From a virus, in the IMG/VR virus record IMGVR_UViG_3300024344_000002, positions 9,325-73,324 of that record: DNA of 64,000 bases. One strand, written 5' to 3'. Every line of letters begins with the position of its first letter. Position 1 is the first letter of the stretch. Shown piece after piece: positions 27,658 to 35,355 of this stretch. A program made the position numbers and the translations under genes. The notes under the pieces are model-generated. The model saw only the letters and a program-made list of their open reading frames with translations. It was not told where the DNA came from and did not search any database.

Positions 27658-30600
27658 ATGTCCGACAAGTTTCTTTTAACAGCACAATTACACTTACAAG
27701 CCCCTACTAATACAAAACAGGTATTGAAACAGATTCAAAACCAGTTGAAAGGTGCTAATGTAAATGTTCAACTCAAAAATGCTAAGCAGACTGTTACTCA
27801 GTTAAAGCAGACAGCTAAACAACTGCAAACTGTACAAAAACAAGCTAAAGGTGCTGAAACTCAAATGGACCGGCTTGGAAAAGCTTTCGGTCAAACTTTA
27901 AAGTATATTGTTCGATACGACCTTGCTCGTAGAGTTTTTAGTCTATTTACAAATGCTATTGAACAAGGTACTAGAGATGCTATAGCCTTTGAAAGAGAAA
28001 TGGTAAAAGTTTCTCAGGTTACTGGCAAGTCAATGAGGCAACTTTCTGGCCTTACCAAAGAAATTGGAAACCTTGCTAAAGCATATGGTACTTCATCTGC
28101 TCAATTAGTAAAGACTGCTCGTGTTTTGTCTCAAACAGGTATGGCTGCTAGAGATGTAGAAATGGCTATGAAGTCTTTAGCCAAAAGTACATTAGCTCCA
28201 ACCTTTGACAATATTACAGATACTGCTGAAACTGCTATTGCAGCTATGAGGCAGTTTAGATTGGAAGCCAATCAGTTAGAGGGTCTCTTAAATAAGATCA
28301 ATGTTGTCGCCGGTAACTTTGCTGTTGAAGCTTCTGATATTGGTGCTGCTATTAAGCGTGCCGGTGGTGCGTTTGCTTCTGCTGGTGGACAAGTAGAAGA
28401 GTTCATAGCACTCTTCACTTCTGTCCGTGCTACAACGCGAGAAACTGCTGAAACGATTGCTACTGGTATGAGAACTATCTTTACCAGAATACAAAGACCT
28501 AAAACAATACAATTTCTAAAACAGTTTGGTGTAGAGCTGCAAAACTTAGAAGGTCAGTTTATTGGGCCTTACCAAGCTGTAGAACAATTAAACAAAGCTC
28601 TAGCTGGTCTAGACCCTAAAGATGTTCGTTATTCAATGATTATTGAACAGCTTGGTGGTTTTAGACAAGTTTCTAAAGTTATTCCACTTATTCAACAATT
28701 TGGTACTGCCCAAGATGCTTTGAATAAACAAATGTCTTCCCAAGGAAGTTTGTCCGCAGATGCTGCCAAAGCTCAAAAAACTCTTGCTGTTCAGATCGCC
28801 CAGTTAACTGAAAATGTTAAAGAGCTATTTAGAAATATAACTTCCTCTGCCACTTTTCAAGTCCTTGCTAAAGGCGCTGTTGCATTTTCTAATGCTATTG
28901 TAAAAGCCGCTGATGCTATCTCTGGATTGATACCTATTCTTGGAGCCTTGTTTGCTGTTAAAGGTATGAAGTGGTTAATGGGAGGAGGTATGTCAACGAT
29001 ACTGGGTTCTGGTGGTGGAAGACCTAGACCCTATGGACCTGCACCTCAAGGATTTAGTCAGGGTGGTTGGGTTCCCGGAACTGGTAGTGGTGATACTGTA
29101 CCAGCATACTTAGAACCGGGTGAATTTGTTATTCGTAAACGTTCTGCTCAAAAACTTGGTCCTAGATTAAACTCTCTTAACAAGTATGCTGGTGGCGGTG
29201 TTGTTTCTGCAAAACACACCGGGACGGTAGATGGCGATACTTATAGAGCAACTTTGAGAAATAGTGGAAAACCGTATAGTAGTCGTACTAGACTCAAAGG
29301 TTATGACGCTGCTGAAATGCCAATTGAGCGTGAGAAAGAAATATGGAAAGCGCATGGAATAAATCCTGATACTGATCATCCGGGTATCGTAGCTAAAGGC
29401 ATAGCAGAGAGTTATGCTAGCAAATTAACTCCTAAAAAATTCACAGCGATGTTTACAGGTAAAGATGGATCAGGGCATGGGATGGGTGCTTTTGATAGAC
29501 CTCATTATAAAGCTGACGATCTTGGTGAACAGCTAGTAGGTGCGGGAGTTGGTGCAAAAGGTAAGTTTAGTATTTATGACTGGCTTGTAAAAAATAAAGG
29601 GCAGAAGAAAGCAGACGCTATAGTGAAGGCGGGTAAAGCAACTAAGGATAAAAGTGTTCGTTCAAGAGGAGATAAGTACAACAGAGGCGGTAAAGTACGC
29701 GCTCCTAACTCTTTGTTAACTCCCGGTGAGTTTGTTGTTAACAAAAAGTCTGCTAAAAGAATTGGTTATGGCACGCTTGGCTCTCTGAATAGATATGCTG
29801 TTGGTGGTGTGGCAGGCGGTGGCTTAGGATTCGCAGGTGGTGGACTTAACGCAGAACAGGCTCAAGCGTTAATTGACGCAATAACAAAACTAGTTCCTTC
29901 TTTTGAGAGACTACAACTAGCTACTGGAAAAGTTGGTGATGTTTTTGAGGCCACAAAAAATGCAGGAAAAGAATTAACTAAATTTGCCGCTTCTACAGCT
30001 GAAGCTGGAGCTGAAGTTGGTCTACAGTACGCTAAGTTTAAGGCTTTTGGCGGTGCTGTTAATGCAGGTCTAGATTCTATAGGTTTGCAGAATACTGCTT
30101 TTGAATCTCTCGTAGATACTACGTTTCAAGTAAAAGCTAATTTAGCCGCTATGGGTGAAGCAGCCAATCAACTAAAAGGTGACTTCGGAGATGCTGCTCA
30201 AGGATTTTTTGAAACTTTAGCTGGTAGTGGAAAGCTAGGCAAAAAAGCTAAAGGGTTTGCAGAGGGTGGAGGCATTGGAAAGATTCGAGATAGGCTTACA
30301 CAAGATGCAGAAGCTGCCGGTAGGTTTGGTGTGGGTGGCAAAGGATCTAGAGATGCTCTAAAAATGGAGCAAGAAAAACTTCCACAGATGCGAAAACAGG
30401 TGGAATCAAAACAAAAAGAATTAGACGCATCAAATAAAGCGTTAGAAAAAGCTAAGCGCGCTCAAGCATATAAAGCTCCCGGTGACACTGGAAAGCTAGA
30501 CAGAGCGAGATACGAACAACAACAAGCTCAAGAAAGCTTAGGTAAAGCGAAAGGTCGTGTAGCTGGGGGAGAAAAATCAGTTAGAAAAGCGCAGATGAAG

Positions 30601-33600
30601 GGCATGGCCATTCAAGCTGCTGCTGCTTTAGCTACTAGTGTTGGTAAAAAACTTGAAGCTACAGGAATGGCCGCAGCAGAGGCGGGTGAAGGAACTGGTA
30701 TGCAAGCTGCTGCTGGTAGATCTTTAGGAATGGCTGGACAGGGTGCGCAAATGGGTGCTATGTTTGGTCCTATGGGTGCTGCTGCTGGTGCTGTTACCGG
30801 TGCGCTTATTGGTTTTGTCACAGGTCTTAGAGATGCTAAGTTAGCTCTCGCAAAAGCAAGACTTGGCGAAGTTATGGAAGACACTGCTGAAACGATGCAA
30901 AAGTTCCGTGATGGAACAGCAACAGCAGCTGAAGTGCAGGCAAAATTAAATACGCAATCTACTGCTATTGATGATTTTAAGGCTGAAGGAATGGGGGGAT
31001 ATGCTGGAAGCACTGCTGGAAATAATGCAACGAATATTGTTGCCGGAGCGACTTCTGGTGCAGCTATTGGTGCGGCTATTGGAAGTATCGTTCCTATCTT
31101 TGGAACTGCTGCTGGTGCAATTGTCGGTGGTATCACTGGTGCAGTTACTGGTTTCTTCGCGGATTGGGCAGGACCAGACACAGAAGCTGTCACTGCTGAA
31201 TGGGCTAAATCAACGCTAGAAATGCAGAAAAATATAAAAGAATTCCGAACTGGCGTTATTAATACCTCTAAGTCTTTTTCACAATTTGAATCTAATTTTG
31301 GAAGTGAAAATATAGATAGAATTGCCAAGATGGAGGGCAAGACTAGACAACAAGTAGTAAAAGAAATAACGAAAGAAATAAACGAAAGGAACAAACAAAG
31401 AGAAGCAGCTGAAAGACTAGTTGAAGCTCAAAATGAAGCAACTAAACAAATGATTAGGATGCAGCAATTGGGTCAAGTCTTTGATGAGCTGTCTTTTAGA
31501 ATGGAAGGTTTTGGTAATGTACTAGATGGATTATCTAACATCACCGGAAGTGTCAAAATAGGATCTATAGGTTCAGCTCTTTCTGACGAAAGAATGGCTT
31601 CTAGAGATCAAGCTTCAAGAGATAGATATACAGGCAACGTTGATGCACTCACTAATATGGCTGGTGAGGGCGACATGGGCTTAAAGAATTTTGCAGATAG
31701 TGCAAAGGGTGGCGCAATACTATCTCAAGAACTTGGAAGAGCCTTGACTATGAATCGAAAAGGCATTGGTGTTACAAGAAAGTTAGACGACGAAGGCAAT
31801 ATGTCTATCGTCGAAGGTAGCTTCGCTCAGAATGTAATGGACACCATACCTAAAGAGCTTGCCGATAAAATTCCACCGGATATGTACGATCAGGTTAAAG
31901 ACAACATAGCTGACATGGTTGTCGCTGAAGGTGGTTTAGAAAACCTACAGAAGAAGATACAAGAAGATCCAGATGCTCTAGTGAAAGAGCTTACAGGCGG
32001 ATTGACTGAATCTAATAAAGCGTTTGAACAAGCTGGTAAAATGCTTGATTCTCATAATGCTAAGCTCCAAGAAGCGTATGCTAAACGCAACTCAATGGAG
32101 ATGAGCTTTATAAAAACTCTACAAGATTTAAATACTCGTAGAGCATCATTAGTTGCCGATGACAGGGTGAGAAGAGGCGGTAAAGGAATGAGTACCGCAG
32201 AAGCTAGGGCTTTAGACGCTAAAAACAGAGGCGTAGCCATGAATGCAGTTTCTGCCGGTACTATGGCTTCAACTGGTTTAACAGCTGGTTCTGGACCAAA
32301 AGAAATTGCTAAAGCTATGGCTAAAGTTCGTGAAGACATAAAACAGAGCGATGAACAATTAGCAACCCAAGGAGTGACGGGCGTTGGTATGGACTCTTCG
32401 CAGGGGTTGGCTGATTCACAAAAAGATCTAATAAAAGCGAACGCAGACTTAAAATCTGATTATGAAAAACTGCAAGGGGTTATGCAGCAATATGCTTCTT
32501 CTCAACAAGAGATGATCGCTCTTAACAAAGAGTTAGAGCAGCAGCAAAAGAAACAAAAGACATTAGAGCAATTAGCTGAAGATATGGCTTTTGGTACTGC
32601 TGAGCAAAAAGGTGAAGCCGCCAAGGTGATGAATGAGCTTGCTAAAGCTAAGACTATGGGAATTGGCGCTGTAGATCCTGAATATCAAAGACAAATAGTA
32701 GGTCTTCTCAAACAAACTGGTAACGAAGACTTAGTTACTTCAACTATAAATCAAACCGCAGCAAATGCTGGAGTAATGTTAGATCCAAAGACTGGTGGTA
32801 TCAAAGGGGTGACAACCGCTAGCGATAAACGTAATGAAATTGCTGACAGGATGAAAGAGCTTGACGAACAAGGTCTAGCAGCCGCAGAAGGTTTAGCTTC
32901 TGAAGAAGGTCAGATACTAGCTGACTTCTCTGCTGGTATTGAGTCTCTTCATCAGAAGTTCTTAAGTGAACTCTTTAACATGTTAGCAGAAGCAAGAAAG
33001 AGAGAGTTAGAAGATAGAAAAGCCGACTTAGAAGCAGAACAAGAGGTTACACAAAAGCAGTTAGACTTCTTCGGAAAAGATGCAGCTGCTGCCTTGGGAA
33101 TAGAAGATATAAGCAAGCTCAAGTTCAAAGATGGAGATACAGAACTTACTGGAGCTGCTGCTATGGAAAGAATTATTCAAGGAGGATTTCTGGGGCAAGT
33201 CACTCAAGCTCAAAATATACAATCAAATATGGCAGGTAACCCTCTCGCAGCAGCTGTCATGGGAGGTATGGGAACCGAAGTATTAGATGACTTCCGTGAC
33301 GGAAGCCATAATGCCATTCTTGAACAGCTTGGAATTACGGCAGCGGATGTTTACTCCACAGGATCTGACGCAAATGAAGATACTGACTTAGATGCAGCTA
33401 ATACAGATATGGCGCAGCATATAGCAGCTAGAATGGGAGAAGAGCTAAGCAAAGCAGGTTTTGATATTGATGGTGATACGCTACAAAAAAGATTGCTGGA
33501 CAGACTTTCACCCGAAAAAATGGAATCTCTTGGCGGCTTTGACTTTGATGATTGGATAAGTGGTCAATTAGAAGCAATAGGTAGAGGCGCTAGAAATCAA

Positions 33601-35349
33601 GTAAAACTCACTGGCAAGAATCAAGAAGCTCTTCAAGCTTTACAAGGGGCTAATGCTACAAACTTAGGTTCAGGTGCGCAGTCCCAAATAGACAAACTGC
33701 AAGCAGAAGCTGGCATCGAAGCAGGCATACAATTTGACATAGGCAAAGCAAACGAAGAATTAGATAAATCTATTGAGAAGCTTGCTACTACAGTCAATGA
33801 AATGGCTGACCTTGATAAAAAGACAGGAGCCAAAAAAGTTGAACAAGCCGAAGCTGAAGCAAAGATTGAACAAAAGAGACAAGAAGAAAACAAAAAAGTA
33901 ACAGATCAAATCAAAGGTGATACAGGAGTTCCAGTAGCTTCTGTTGGTGGAAGTGCAGCACCAATAGCTGCTACAACATTTAATGCAAGTCCAATAGTAG
34001 GAATGAAACAGGATCTGCCAACTCCTATGTCATTATCAGACATGCCAGATGGAGAGTGGGTAGGGCCTTCATTAAGTCAAACTGGACCCGAAGCAGAAGC
34101 AAAAGTTATAGCTCAAGAAATGACTAAACAGCAGAGCATTGCTCCTAGTGCTGCAAGCGGAGGAGGAGCATCTTCGTTTATCAGTAATATGGGTAAAGGT
34201 TTATCTAATGCACTTTCAAAGGGTAGCGAGTTAATTTCCCAAGTAGACCCAACAAGCATGAAGAAGGCTATGGTAGCTGCTCAGTCATCAAGTAGACGCG
34301 AAAGATTAGCCGAACTCAAAGAACAGATAAAAGGTACTACAGAACAACAAAGTAGATTTAAATCCATTCACAAAGAGGGAACAAGCACGAATATGCTTGA
34401 AACTCTGAATAGCTATAATCCGATGACGGGGTTTGGCATGATAGGTCCGAATAGTGACTTCCAAAGCAAAACTGGCATGAGCAAAGATTTTGTTGAAAGA
34501 GAGATGGGTAAAGGTGCAGAACAATTAAAGGGTCTAAAAGCAGAACAAGCATCTTTGTTAGCTGAAGAAAAAATGGCAGCAGAAGTAGCTGCACAAGAAC
34601 AAGCAGCAGCAGACGAGGCTGCAAAGTTTGAACCTTTGATTCTAGCTATTACTGACGGTAGCTTGGCGATAGTAGAAGCGATTGAAAATTCTGCTATGAG
34701 CGCAGAGCAAAAAAGAGCTGAGGCTGAACAAGCAGCCCAAGAACAAGCAATCGCAGAACAGACAAAGACTCCAGAGCAATTAGCTCAAGAGGCGGCAAAG
34801 TCAGCATCAATGTCAACTGCGCAATCACAAGTAGATAGCTTGTCGAAATATGGACTAAACACTGGAATATCCACTGCTTCTAATACACTAAGAAGAGAAC
34901 AGGAAAGACAAGCAGCAGAAGCAGAAGCTGTTAAGAAACAAGAAGAACTAGCAAAACAATTAAAGAATGGAGCGGGAGATGCCTTAGCTCAAGCTGGTGC
35001 GAGTGATCTAACGCCTGATCAACAAAAACAACTTTCCTCAAAATTAGAAGCGCCGGGTTCAGAAGGGTTATTGTCAGCTCTAGGTGTTGAACCATTACAA
35101 GAGCAAGTAGAAAGACTTGGTTCTATATTTGAAAATGCGCTTCAAGTTGAAGTTGGTGGTACTATAGATGTAAACGTTAATATGAATGGTGCTGAAGCAT
35201 TAGCGAATGCTGAAAAAGCATTTGGATCATTAGCTTCTAAGAAAGCTACTGATGCAATAAATAACTTTATTAGTGAAATGAATAAAGGCGGCAATAACGC
35301 AAGACCTAAACAGAAGGAAAATTGGACTGGTAATGGAGAGGCAAGCTAA
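27658..35349 (+). CDS. Tape measure protein (TP901-type core) with embedded SNase-like domain
   Basis: Core motifs FEREMVKVSQVTG, AVEASDIGAAIKRAG and IATGMRTIFTRI. Long helical A/Q/E-rich body and glycine-zipper segments. Confidence 0.9.
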   Translation: MSDKFLLTAQLHLQAPTNTKQVLKQIQNQLKGANVNVQLKNAKQTVTQLKQTAKQLQTVQKQAKGAETQMDRLGKAFGQTLKYIVRYDLARRVFSLFTNAIEQGTRDAIAFEREMVKVSQVTGKSMRQLSGLTKEIGNLAKAYGTSSAQLVKTARVLSQTGMAARDVEMAMKSLAKSTLAPTFDNITDTAETAIAAMRQFRLEANQLEGLLNKINVVAGNFAVEASDIGAAIKRAGGAFASAGGQVEEFIALFTSVRATTRETAETIATGMRTIFTRIQRPKTIQFLKQFGVELQNLEGQFIGPYQAVEQLNKALAGLDPKDVRYSMIIEQLGGFRQVSKVIPLIQQFGTAQDALNKQMSSQGSLSADAAKAQKTLAVQIAQLTENVKELFRNITSSATFQVLAKGAVAFSNAIVKAADAISGLIPILGALFAVKGMKWLMGGGMSTILGSGGGRPRPYGPAPQGFSQGGWVPGTGSGDTVPAYLEPGEFVIRKRSAQKLGPRLNSLNKYAGGGVVSAKHTGTVDGDTYRATLRNSGKPYSSRTRLKGYDAAEMPIEREKEIWKAHGINPDTDHPGIVAKGIAESYASKLTPKKFTAMFTGKDGSGHGMGAFDRPHYKADDLGEQLVGAGVGAKGKFSIYDWLVKNKGQKKADAIVKAGKATKDKSVRSRGDKYNRGGKVRAPNSLLTPGEFVVNKKSAKRIGYGTLGSLNRYAVGGVAGGGLGFAGGGLNAEQAQALIDAITKLVPSFERLQLATGKVGDVFEATKNAGKELTKFAASTAEAGAEVGLQYAKFKAFGGAVNAGLDSIGLQNTAFESLVDTTFQVKANLAAMGEAANQLKGDFGDAAQGFFETLAGSGKLGKKAKGFAEGGGIGKIRDRLTQDAEAAGRFGVGGKGSRDALKMEQEKLPQMRKQVESKQKELDASNKALEKAKRAQAYKAPGDTGKLDRARYEQQQAQESLGKAKGRVAGGEKSVRKAQMKGMAIQAAAALATSVGKKLEATGMAAAEAGEGTGMQAAAGRSLGMAGQGAQMGAMFGPMGAAAGAVTGALIGFVTGLRDAKLALAKARLGEVMEDTAETMQKFRDGTATAAEVQAKLNTQSTAIDDFKAEGMGGYAGSTAGNNATNIVAGATSGAAIGAAIGSIVPIFGTAAGAIVGGITGAVTGFFADWAGPDTEAVTAEWAKSTLEMQKNIKEFRTGVINTSKSFSQFESNFGSENIDRIAKMEGKTRQQVVKEITKEINERNKQREAAERLVEAQNEATKQMIRMQQLGQVFDELSFRMEGFGNVLDGLSNITGSVKIGSIGSALSDERMASRDQASRDRYTGNVDALTNMAGEGDMGLKNFADSAKGGAILSQELGRALTMNRKGIGVTRKLDDEGNMSIVEGSFAQNVMDTIPKELADKIPPDMYDQVKDNIADMVVAEGGLENLQKKIQEDPDALVKELTGGLTESNKAFEQAGKMLDSHNAKLQEAYAKRNSMEMSFIKTLQDLNTRRASLVADDRVRRGGKGMSTAEARALDAKNRGVAMNAVSAGTMASTGLTAGSGPKEIAKAMAKVREDIKQSDEQLATQGVTGVGMDSSQGLADSQKDLIKANADLKSDYEKLQGVMQQYASSQQEMIALNKELEQQQKKQKTLEQLAEDMAFGTAEQKGEAAKVMNELAKAKTMGIGAVDPEYQRQIVGLLKQTGNEDLVTSTINQTAANAGVMLDPKTGGIKGVTTASDKRNEIADRMKELDEQGLAAAEGLASEEGQILADFSAGIESLHQKFLSELFNMLAEARKRELEDRKADLEAEQEVTQKQLDFFGKDAAAALGIEDISKLKFKDGDTELTGAAAMERIIQGGFLGQVTQAQNIQSNMAGNPLAAAVMGGMGTEVLDDFRDGSHNAILEQLGITAADVYSTGSDANEDTDLDAANTDMAQHIAARMGEELSKAGFDIDGDTLQKRLLDRLSPEKMESLGGFDFDDWISGQLEAIGRGARNQVKLTGKNQEALQALQGANATNLGSGAQSQIDKLQAEAGIEAGIQFDIGKANEELDKSIEKLATTVNEMADLDKKTGAKKVEQAEAEAKIEQKRQEENKKVTDQIKGDTGVPVASVGGSAAPIAATTFNASPIVGMKQDLPTPMSLSDMPDGEWVGPSLSQTGPEAEAKVIAQEMTKQQSIAPSAASGGGASSFISNMGKGLSNALSKGSELISQVDPTSMKKAMVAAQSSSRRERLAELKEQIKGTTEQQSRFKSIHKEGTSTNMLETLNSYNPMTGFGMIGPNSDFQSKTGMSKDFVEREMGKGAEQLKGLKAEQASLLAEEKMAAEVAAQEQAAADEAAKFEPLILAITDGSLAIVEAIENSAMSAEQKRAEAEQAAQEQAIAEQTKTPEQLAQEAAKSASMSTAQSQVDSLSKYGLNTGISTASNTLRREQERQAAEAEAVKKQEELAKQLKNGAGDALAQAGASDLTPDQQKQLSSKLEAPGSEGLLSALGVEPLQEQVERLGSIFENALQVEVGGTIDVNVNMNGAEALANAEKAFGSLASKKATDAINNFISEMNKGGNNARPKQKENWTGNGEAS
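29200..29676 (+). other. Staphylococcal nuclease (thermonuclease)-like domain inside the TMP
   Basis: TVDGDTY, TRLKGYDAAEM, AFDRP and LGEQLVGAGVG align by eye with SNase-family DGDT, RLxxxDxPE, xYGR and NxxLVxxGLA. Confidence 0.7.
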
Positions 35350-35355
35350 GACAAG

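Noticed and set aside
29200-29676. TMP insert interpreted as an intein or intron-encoded homing endonuclease
   Set aside because: There is no N-terminal Cys/Ser splice block, no His-Asn end and no LAGLIDADG/HNH motifs. The reading frame is continuous and the motifs match SNase instead.
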